Source: Phoronis australis (taxonomy: Eukaryota > Animalia > Phoronida). From it: a DNA stretch of 64,000 nucleotides. Below, in pieces: positions 15,001 to 27,000 of the stretch. The DNA lies in contig NMRA01000206.1 of the NCBI GenBank assembly GCA_002633005.1, positions 331,250-395,249 of the forward strand, read 5' to 3'. The translations under genes were made by a program, and so were the position numbers. The notes beneath the pieces are model-generated. The model worked only from the letters and a program-made list of their open reading frames with translations, did no database searches and was not told where the DNA came from. How positions within the stretch are numbered: position 1 is the stretch's first letter; every line of letters starts with the position of its first letter.

Positions 15001-18000
15001 TCCAGCCAACTCATTTTGAGACCTGTGCTAACCAATTAAAAAAACATCCCCAAAGTCTCATGTCTATTGAAAGGCTTCAAAAAGGCACGCAAGCAAGGCT
15101 AAGCAAGGTTTGCAATCCTGTGATTTGTCAAACGATGAGTAAAAAACAGATACCGCATCACTTTTGCTCGTCTCGGATTTTATTTTTTGAAAAAATGTGA
15201 GCAACTAAAAAGTACATCACCACTCGATTTCAAAAAAAACAGAGACCAGAACCAACTACCCTTTTTGGCCCGTTTGAACCCACATTCAAACTTTTCACTT
15301 CCACCCCCATTCACTTTAAATTGGTCTCCACTTGTTCCTCACTCAGATGAGAAATGCTTTCTGAGCTTGCAAAGATGTGCCAGTAGGTAATGCTAGCTAC
15401 AGAAAACAAGAAACTGCGACAAGCCAATTAGTCTCCAACTCTCAGTTCTTGCCAAGTCCAAAAACAACCTCTGATCAATCAAAGTATAAATTAGTAAAAA
15501 TTATTAGTCTTCCTACACGCCATACGTTGGCTACATTATGTGACCTATATTTCAGTACGAAAAGAGATCTTTGTCCCTAGCTTGCTTATAGGATACCAAT
15601 GTGCTGATTTATAGGAACACAACTATACAATCAAAGGATGGTACTGTTTTTTGAAAGAATGTGGGTTTGTAGCTACTTCAAAGGTCACATGTGGTTCCTT
15701 GTTTGCTTGACGATGTTTGAAGTTTACGACAACATTTGCCTAGATGCAGCACTGTACAATATCAGCAAAACCAAAACCAAAACAAATATTATGTAATCCT
15801 GTCAGAATGAAAACCTCAAAACTGAAAATACTTTAATTTTTAAAAAATTAAAGCAATGTAGAATAGAAAATAATAATGTGGACAAAAAATTTATCTGGAT
15901 TTGGCGAAACTGATATTTAACACTAGACACAAATGAAACCTGACGGAAAATGAAAAATTGAAAGCTGACCTTCCGCAGAGCAGATGGGGTCTGTCTCGTC
16001 TGACTGATCCGGGCAGTCATTTTGATCATCGCACATCCATGCTTTGGGGATGCATCTGCCTGATTGGGCACATCTGAACTCGTCGTCACGGCAACTACCA
16101 GGAGGGGGAGTGGCTGAAATGTAAGAATATAAAATGTAATTAAAGTAACTGGCTATTATCGTTATGAAGGATAAAATTTCTTAAAAATGTCTTAGATGCT
16201 AATTTTTAACATATATTTTTCAAATCTGCAATGATCGCAGAAACACGTGTATCAAAAACAGGCATGCTTAAAGTAATAAGACTGTTTCTCATAACAATCG
16301 ATGCAAGTTCCACAGGGTGGCACGACATTTTAACAAGAGACTAGTCATGCCCAAACAAAAATTTCAAAACTTAAAGCCTTCATTTTTGACAACCAAGTTC
16401 GCCATAACACCGGGACCAATTATGGCAAACATTCATTTTTCTACTCTAGTGACATGCTATGTAACCATCTCGATTCTGATGGCTGGTATAGTAAATCTAT
16501 TATGTATCTTTAAATCCAGGAACACGTGCATCGTTTAATTGTACAGTCTCTCACTCGGGTGTCCGTGGTAAATTGCTTAACTTTTTTCTAATACCAATTC
16601 GTTAGTCAGATTTCCAATAGTCTATGTTATCAAGACCCTACTGAAGAATGGTATTGTTACACTAAATGGGTAATTAACACGAATCGATCTATTTTACACT
16701 GTTACTACTCCAGTTAAAAAAAATAATCCTTTCAACCTGCAGGTATGAAGTAGGTTGGACTATATGCAAAGAAATTAAATCTGTTCAACTGGATTGTGGT
16801 ACTTAAAGCCTAACATGAATGGCAACCCCAGTAAATTTGACTCCTACAGTATGTTATGAGCATTGCTCTAAACTTATTAGTGCCATAAAATGTGAAATGT
16901 ATTGGTTTGCTTTTCCCGACGTCACCGCGAGAATTACGTTTTAATTCAAAAAGCTGCGAATAAAACCCACACTTAACGGTGTTCTATTCGGACTCCTATT
17001 CAATGCAACTGTTATCGACCTTTTGTTGTTTGTGCTGGGATCTCACGGTGATGCAATATGGCACGAAAACGCAACTTCACTTATCATTTGACAGGCCCAC
17101 ATTTGTGTAATTAAACTCGTGTTTTCTTATTTTGCTAAGGCTTTACTAGGACTACCTGGTTAGCCCAATACATCTAAAATAACAAAATTCCGTTGCAGTT
17201 AGGTGTTAAGTCCTTAAGAGTGTCCCACTGGGAACCCGCACCTGTCTTGTCATTCTAATCATTCCGCCATCTCTCATGAAGGGAGCGGGACATTTCTGAG
17301 GAATTATAGGTTTTTAGCAAGTACAGTAGTTCAGTTGAACAGATTAATTTAAATTTCTTTGATTATGAACTTTCATTGATGGATAAAGATTACACTTTGA
17401 GGTTGGAATTTAATAAAGCGTCTGACATCTGAGGAGACAACAACCAGATATGACTATCATCTTTGTTCAACTTGTGGGAAGGACTATTAGCAAGTATTCC
17501 ATGGTGCGTCTTATACGGTGTTTTAATTTTCCATGAGTTTGACATGACATTTTCAGGATATGATTTCCATTTTCATTTTTCTCCAAAAAAAGTAAACGTG
17601 TTTGGGAGCAAGGTTTGTCCTGTTATGGCATTATGCTACGATACGTGGGACTCGTGTAGTCATACACTTACGACAGTTCTGTTCATCGCTCTCATCTGAA
17701 CAATCAATATCTCCGTCACATCTCAAGGACATAGACAGACACAGACCGTCGCCGCAGACAAACCGTCCGCTACAGTTGCAGCCTCGTTCGTCCGCCATGT
17801 CACCACAGTCGTTCGTTCCATCGCACAACCAACTGGCCGGAAGGCACAAACCACTGGGACACTCATATTGAACCTCCGGCGAACATGTTGGGTACACTGT
17901 AAGGGATGTTGAACATTGACTAAAATGACGATTTAAATTTAAAGTAAATTTCAAATTGGTTAATGTACATGTCTCACTTGTCATCTCCATGACAACACTG

Positions 18001-21000
18001 AATCCTCAGGCATTCAAATAAGTTCTACCCTTTGACAAAATTACAGTCCAATATTCATAAACATAATTACCACAAAATATGCACCAAACTTTATCTCATT
18101 GACTCATATGCTACACAAGTACCACCTCGTAGACCTCCAAGTTTTGTCTTAATTCAAAGAGCGCGTCAACAATGCCAATAGTGGTGTCTGACAGAGGTGA
18201 CCAGACTAAGTCTTAATACCATATTCGACCATAAGCAACACAGGAAGGACTTTGGTACATGCTAGGACTATTCAACAATATACTTGATGTCAGTTTTACA
18301 TGAATTTTGACTGGTGCAAACATGCTACTGCAATGTTTGTCCCAGGATATGTTTTGGTGCCACTTAACACAATTCAAGCTAAAGAAGACGCAGATCGAAC
18401 TCAAGCGCATGCCACTTGTGACAAAATCACGAAGAGTTGTAAGAAAAAAGTAAAGATTACGCATTCACACCACTTTTTACGTGTCAATTTTGCAATGTTC
18501 TGTGTTTGTAAGATTTCCGGACTGTTTCCATGGGCCCCAAGAAACTAAAATAGACACCAAATATTCTGAAATGTGGGTCCACAGGACATGACCCCACTGT
18601 GTTGGCCAAACACTGCTAATAATTGGCAACGTATTTCCAGAAATAATTATGACATATGTCTGCCAAAAGCACAAACAATACTGTAAAAACGTCAAGCATT
18701 ACTCGCATTTTGAGACCATGCGCTTATTATGGCTATTTTTGGGGATCTTCTCTTTGGTCGTGAGGGAGGGCATAGTGGGGTTTATGGTAAAATATGGAAT
18801 GGTTCACTCCCAACTGCTCAACTCACCACAGCCTCGCTCGTCCGACCCGTCTCCGCAGTCATTGTCGCGGTCACACTTGTATTCTTTCCTAATACACAGA
18901 TTATTGTCGCACTTGAACTCCCAGCTGTGGCAGGTACTGATGTTACCTGGAATACAGGTATTAAATAATGTTATCTGGAATACAGGTACTGAACCGTGTT
19001 ACCTGGAATCTAGCTACAGGACAGTGTTACCTGGAAAACAGGTACTAAACAATGTTACCAGGAATAGAGGTACAGCACTGATGTTACCTGGAATACAAGG
19101 TACTAAATAATGTTACCTGGAATACAGGTACTAAGTAATCTTACCTGGAATACAGGTACAGATGTTACCTGAGAAATGGGTAATAAATATGTTACCTGGA
19201 ATAGAGGTACTGATGTTACTTGGGATACGTAGGAGAGTTACAGACAAGGTAATCACAAGCACAACCTTGCATGAAGCCCAATAGGTGGAGAACCAGAACC
19301 GGTGAGTGTGACTCAATGTGTGACACAACTTATCGCCAATACATGAAACACAAAGGAAAGAACTCCTTCACAAAGATAGACATACCACAGTTTTGCTCAT
19401 CACTGAGGTCACCACAATCATCATCGCCATCACAGAGCCAAAAGTTAGAGACACATCGACCAGTAGAGTTACACTTGAAGTAACCGGGCCTGCACGTCAC
19501 ATCTGCAATTATAGCAAAGTTCTTGCATCAAGTTCTGCCTAATCCAATCTCCATCTTTTCACAACACACCTCTAATGTACACTTTACTATGTAAAGGCCA
19601 CTTCACGAACCTTACATGCCTGAAAACAAACTGTACATCATGCAAGGTTCATGGCTATTAAGAGACATGTCTGGGAAGGTGTCATCCCAAAGTGAATAGT
19701 ACGTAGAAACTAATCGGGATAACAATAAATACACACCTTCAATACTAGGGCAATTATCTTCGTCCGAGTTATCAAAACAATCATTGTCTCCGTCACAACG
19801 ATACGATGAGTATATACAGCGACTGTTGTTACATTTGAATTCCCACGACTGACAGGGGTCAAAGGGCGGCTCATTGGGGTCACTGATGCACATCTGCTGA
19901 TTGGTCGCTGACAGCTTCATCCCATAAGGACACCCACAGGCTCGCTGAAGACCACCCATGGGGAAGCAGAAGTGAGAGCATCCGCCATTTTGACTGAGGC
20001 ATTGATGGTTAGCTAAAATGAAAAAGGTCCATTTTTCGTTAATGTCTTCACTATAAAATTGTTGATGTTAGTCACCAGTTCATGCTAGGAATTTGTGACG
20101 ACAGGAATAACTAAATGTCCAATTAAGTACAAATTATTACTCTTCATACAAGACATATGTTGGATTACAAAAACCATGCAACACAGGTATTATACAATCG
20201 TTATGTCTATGCACTCCCAAGTTTAGGTAATATCTTTTCCATAAAGTCTGTTCGGATTTTTGTAATCGATCGGTTGTTCGGATGGCTCAGTAAGCTCCAT
20301 GCTCTACGAGGACTGTACCCCATGGACTTAACTATAGGTCATTTGATAAGACCAACATATGGCATGTATCGCCAGTAGCTACCTCTAGTGAGCATCCCGA
20401 AAATAATACAATGCACATGTGGATGCAAACCTACAATTTTGTTTAAAAAGCAGACATATCTATTGATGCATGAAAACAACTAGACTACAAGCACTTACAA
20501 CAAATTTCAAGATACAGTTAATGTAATTCTTCGCTTATTTAGCCAACAACATGGCCGCCTATTTTGTCTAGTGTTCTCCACCAAGGAAAAGATCAGAACA
20601 TTTTAGTCTAGAAAAGAGTATTTGTTAGTTTCCAATATTTGCAACAGGGTAATCATCCCTTGAAAAATACAAAAGTCACCATTTTGTTAATTTTACAAAA
20701 TAAGTGGAGATTTACAGTAAGCAATGAAGTCGAGGTATCTTTAGCAGATTTTGACATGTAAGACAATCATATTTGTGGTGACAATAGTCTCAAATATTTA
20801 TTTCAGGGCTTGGAATAACCAATGACAAAAAACGCGGAAACTTTTTACAGCCCAAATCATGCCCGACAACCAGCCTTTGAAATGGTCAATGTGAACCATT
20901 CCGTGACAAAATCAAAAATGGGGACGACTAAAAAAAAACGTTACCACCATCAGTAGCATGCGTCTGCGTCCTTTTCGCTCGACTGTCCACTCCCAACCCA

Positions 21001-24000
21001 CACAATTTTGGCTGCAGAGCGGTAGTATTTGTCGCCGCGCTCAACAATAACACGAGCAGCCATTGAAAATCACACCACGCTTTACCCAGATGCCCCCGCA
21101 ATGTTGACAATTTACGTTCCTCCGAAACATAAAGAGCAACTTCCGCTTTCCGAGGTGAACGTCGTCTGCAACGCCGCGGTAAGAAAGGAATTTGCCGCGG
21201 AAATTTCATATCAAATCCGATTTTTTTNTATCTTTTCCATAAAGTCTGTTCGGATTTTTGTAATCGATCGGTTGTTCGGATGGCTCAGTAAGCTCCATGC
21301 TCTACGAGGACTGTACCCCATGGACTTAACTATAGGTCATTTGATAAGACCAACATATGGCATGTATCGCCAGTAGCTACCTCTAGTGAGCATCCCGAAA
21401 ACAAAACAATGCACATGTGGATGCAAACCTTCAATTTTGTTTAAAAAGCAGACATATCTATTGATGCATGAAAACAACTAGATTACAAGCACTTACAACA
21501 AATTTCAAGATACAGTTACTGTAATTCTTCGCTTATTTAGCCAACAACATGGCCGCCTATTTTGTCCAGTGTTCTCCACCAAGGAAAAGATCAGAACATT
21601 TTAGTCTAGAAAAGAGCATTAAAGTTTCCAATATTTGCAACAGGGTAGTCATCCCTTGAAAAATACAAGTCACCATTTTGTTAATTTTACAAAATAAGTG
21701 GAGATTTGCAGTAAGCAATGGAGTCAAGGTATCTTTAGCAGATTTTGACATGTAAGACAATCATATTTGTGGTGACAATAGTCTCAAATATTTATTTAAC
21801 AACATTTTACAAAGCAAAATGCTCTTACCAATAGGTTGCTGCAGAGCACGGTCAAAGACTCGGATCTGATGAAGCCTGAAGATGTCGCTGCGTATTCGTA
21901 CCTCGGGGTCGCCAACTTGGTGAGATTTACTGATACGGAATATTGAGCCGTACTCCCAGTCAGTATAGTAGATGTAGTCTGTAGAAACAAACACAAGGCA
22001 TCAAATGGAAATTATGCATAAACATTGTAGCTTCGCTCAACGTGTATACACTCCATACTGCACAAACTGCGACCTAAAGTATAGGACTATCAAATTGAAA
22101 AAAAATCCAGATTTTTATTTTTGGACACAAGGTCTTGATAAAAGTCTTAGCATTGGTTTGACTACTGACTTATTAAATTCCAATAGCAAATTAATCTTTG
22201 TTTAATGGTAAACAGTTTGGACGAACACAAGCTACTTGATACATATAAACAGAATCAATTTTTGAAACAGCCAGACTTCATAATTCTTACAAAATACCAC
22301 AACCCGGTGATTGTTTTTTTGTTTCACCAAAAGACAATGACTGTAATATTTAGAAAAACTATTCAGACATTAACGGCACGATCCCACAAAACCAAATTCT
22401 GTAACCTAAAACCACCAAAAACGCTGTTGTCTGCAACTTACCATGATGCAGAACGAGTGCAAAAGGGTGCAGAATAGAGTGGCCCATTAACTTGCGATAC
22501 GGTCCCCCGTTCAAATTCATGTAGTAAATCCTGCAACAAAGAACAACTGTCAAGAGTCCTGAACAGATGATCAGTGTAATCAACATGCATCTTGTCCAAA
22601 TACTTACTGAACATTGCAGTATAAAGTACCATCTTATTATACACTTCAGTGTCCTAACTAGCAGATACGATACAAGACAATAAAGTATTTAGACAAAATG
22701 ATTCGGAATTCCCTGTCATGATGACAGGACAGAAGCCAAATTCATCGACAGAGTAACCTTCCCTCATGACAGACAATGAATCGGAGTTAACAGGAACATT
22801 AAAAGTAAAGTGCCTAAGCCATTCTCTAATTACAGCCATTGCCAGTCATTTTTGCAGTTAACACAATTAGCAGTCACGACAAGATAGCGGTATTTTGTCT
22901 GATTACTTTTATGACATCATTTCCTACTCATTTCACATTGGTCACAGGTACTTGGCCGACTAGTTAGTTCAAAGTTAAAGAGGCCAGAAACCCACATTTT
23001 TCCAAGAAGTTAACTTTTTAACACTCACCGCTACAAAAATGGTCTCACTTTTTCCTTACTCAGACGCAAGCTGATTCCTGAGCCAGCAAAATCTGGCAGT
23101 TCACTCTTAATCGAGACCGTGCTTGGTACATAAAATGACGCACCATGACATGCCAACTTGTCGAGCCTCATCTCGAGTAGTAACAAATTTTCAGAGATTT
23201 CAAAACCCTGAAATCATCTTCAGAAACAATTTGAGACTGCTACTGCCATAACGTTAAGTTCTCTTTATCAATTAAGAGTTGGTTTTTGTGATGGGAGGTG
23301 GGTTTATTGCAAATTTAATAGCCTAGTAAAATCATGATGAATATATTCAAGAAGTGTAACGTTTTTGTCCTGGCGAACATTCCTCACCCAGCAAACGAAT
23401 CCATGGCGTCACACCAATATAAAAGGTCATTCTGGTAATCCAAGGTCACTCCGTTTGGCCAACCGAGGGAGGTGTTGGTTAAGCGGGCCAGATTCATGCC
23501 GTTGGAAGAGATTCGACCGATATAGGCAACAGACGTTGAAGAGCGTTGCCAGTCTGTGAAGTAAAGGTACCTACATGGAAGGAATATGTAGATTTTGATT
23601 TAAGTTTGATTTAGAAAATACTAAGTGTCATTCAGGCAACACAGAGCTGTGTTAGCCCATTGTCTGCAGTAGCTCATAGAATTTAAATAAGAACACAACT
23701 ATTGACAAGCTCTAAATTTTTAACACAAAAACGGGTAAAACTGCACAGATTTCTAAAGGTAGCGACAAAATGTCTCTACAAGAGAAATTCCCTAAAATTC
23801 GAAAACAGTAAATTAACATACATAGAAAGAATTTCACAAAAAGTTTCCAAATAGATTACCAAAACCAAACATTTTGTAGATTTTAAGCTTGACATTTCAC
23901 AAACATTAGATTCCATCACATTTTGTCACTCTTATGACCCAGAACAGATTCTATGAATCGTGAGACGAAAAACAGCTCTTCTGCTCTGTACACTCCTCAA

Positions 24001-27000
24001 AGCAATAAGCCGCCCTACCCTTTAGCAGGATGAACCACAATTGATCTCAAGCTTCCCAGGTTCTCCACTAGAGTGCGCTGCTGACTGATGTTCCTATGGT
24101 TCACCACACTTATAGTACCGTAGACACCGTCTGTGTAATATACCAGCTGCGAGATCCAATCAAACGCGATGCCTTCCACAGAACCAAGCCCATTAGGCAC
24201 TACCAGTTCTTTCCCTGCAACAAAATAATCATTAATTACCCATCCATTCAACACATTAAATACACATCTCACTTCTTAAACCATGAACAATTAAATCTAT
24301 AGGCCCGTGGCGTGATGGAGTGTATTTTTAGCAAATCTAACAGTAGAAGCAATGCGAGATTCAATCTTATATCACATACCAGGGCAAGGGTAGTATTGAA
24401 AATTTCCTTTCGTCTCAATTGTTTCGACACAATGCCAACAGGTGTTGCCAAAGTACAAAAGGTGACACTGGCCAAGGAAATGTAGTTGATAATTCTCAAG
24501 AAAGTCCTAGCAGATTAATAACATTGTCTCCTGATAAGTGTCAACCAAACGTGGAGGAACATTCTAATACCGTGTTCACATGATGTCCCATCAAAAGGCA
24601 AATCAAATGTCTGTTCCATCCTCAGAAAAAATTTACATGTGAACGCTCATCAGAGGTCCTGGTTTACCTAAATATCCAACCCAAAATCAGCTGCAGATCT
24701 GCCTTCTTAACAAGAGACTAAACATTATAATGACGAATTTGTGAGGATGGGTTCTCCCACGGTGCTTACGCATGATTGGCTAGAATATTAACATTTTCCA
24801 CACAAGAGTTACAGTATTTACTAAGACGACACCAAATAGGACGCCTGTATAATCTCTCATTCTCATTCCAAAGAAATGACCTGCATTCTAATCAGACGTT
24901 TCATTTGCCCTCGCATATGAATTCCACATCTGGACATGGAATACAAACCTGAACCATCCGTTTTTATCCTGTACATGGTATCTTGCCGTACGTCCGAGTA
25001 GTAGATGTATTGCTCCGCCGCGTAGTAATCCAAACCAATGAAGTTAGCTTTACTACTGAAGACGGGCTGCATGGCGTCCGAGTTAAAGTCCGCAGCACTA
25101 GTGACGGGCTCTAGTGGCACGCCTCGAACTGCGCTACGTGACGTGAAGATCAAAAACTTTTGGATTCCTGAAATAACGATTTGCTACTTTACACATTTCG
25201 CAAACGGCTCACAGGCACGATACTGTCTTAACATTTTATCCACAGATCACTTCAAAGAACAAACGGAAACAAACGTAACATTCAGTGATCATTTACTTGA
25301 GTTTTCAGTGACAGGAATAAGAAAAAAAAAATTAATGTTTTGCTAATCACTGACTTAACGTCAACAAAAGCCTACTTTTAGTAAAAAAATCTCTTGATTT
25401 AGACAACTTATCACCATGGAAACGATGTCAGCTGTTGTACACTGGAATTAGAGGTGACTTTTGAACTTGGTAAGGACTAACAGTAAGTCCTTATTACTTG
25501 GCATCAGAGTCAATCAACTGGCTAGTAATGGCTGATTACTTACAGTGATGAGCATGGTCTTGTGCACTCACGCACTGTCAGGACATCACAAGTCCAGAAA
25601 TCACTATCATGTAGACCTTATTCACGCAGTCGCCATTTTAGTAGTGAGCCTCTTTTTAGGTTTAAAAAACAATGCATTTGAGACATAAATATTATGAGGC
25701 ACGTGAAAAAATCACACGTTGCGCTATGATTAAGTGCACAATGCATTGTTTTTAAAACCTAAAACGAGCCGCACTTTTAAAATGGCGACTACATGAATAA
25801 GGTGTACATAAGTGAGGATCAACTTAATACCTCTTTTATACTGGTAAGTGGTCTAAATTAAAAGTTAAGTTTCTTTGTAGCACAGCTTTAAAGTGTCGTC
25901 AGTGGAAATAACACAATTATTCACAACGATATTTGATCATGATAGCTGGTCTCAAGTAACCAGCACACACACTCGGGCCAGTCAAAATTCCTGGGCAAAC
26001 CCCAAGTGTTTGTTCGGCAGAGGGCATGTGATTTCATGCCGATGAGTTCACAAAACATGCCCTTCATTGTAATTATAAATCAGGACAATAGTCAAACAAT
26101 GTGACATAAGTGTCTCCACTTAATACTCCCAGTAATCCCTGAGTTTGCATCACCACAAACTAGCGTTTCGTCACCAAGGCGATTAATACATCAACTAAAC
26201 AACTTAAGGAAGCATTGGTGCCAAAATAAAGGTTATTTTCTTATAAACTTAACAGCGATCAGTGGTATACTTTTATTGAAACTAATTCGATTTTCACCTT
26301 TAACTAGATATTGCTCGTAAGCACTAAAATACTTTGAAATATTTTGAAGTCACGCGCTTCTTCGTTTTCAGCTGACGCCGTGCCGACATCCAAATTAAAG
26401 GTCACGCATTTTCCAGTCTTGTCGGGATTTTGGGCACTTAATTCTCTTTTTAAATTTAAACTCTTGGTACAGGTACATTGGTTACTATGGAAACACTTTA
26501 TCAACCTACTTGAGCATGTGGTTTGGTCAGAGTTCAGCTCATAGCCAGTAGTACACATGCACCTGTATCCCTGGGGTGCGGCATCAGTAGGTGGGGTCGT
26601 AACGCAAAGGTGTTGGCAGCGCGCCCCGGGGCACAAAGAATGACCTGGAAAGTTGGAATACCTTCATTCTGCACAGAAGACTTCAAAACAATTTCAAACA
26701 GAATGTTTGGGCAAATCGCAAGTAATTGAGATAAATTATCATAACAGTAATACATAATCATAATCAAATATTATGACAGCAAAAAAATAACAGTAACAAT
26801 AGCAGAATTAACTATTGTTTTCTCTTTCTCCATTATAGCTTTGGCAGAACTAAATTTTTTCAGCTCTATTTTTTTCTTTTTAAAAAATGTATAAAATAAC
26901 GCAACAGGAGCACATCTACCACTCACCCTCAGGCTGGCGAACAGCGTGGTAAGCCACAAGGTCCCTCAGGCGTGACGATGTGTTAGTGTAGATGGCTTCA

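Noticed and set aside
16140-16810. Possible TTAA-flanked DNA transposon
   Set aside because: Terminal inverted match too short to support
18649-19110. 153-aa plus-strand ORF with internal repeats
   Set aside because: Antisense to LRP2 exon 17 and kept open by the minisatellite; no independent gene signals
20157-21376. Two ORFs sharing a C-terminus (..[18 protein letters not shown]..)
   Set aside because: By-product of the haplotype duplication; one ORF crosses the N
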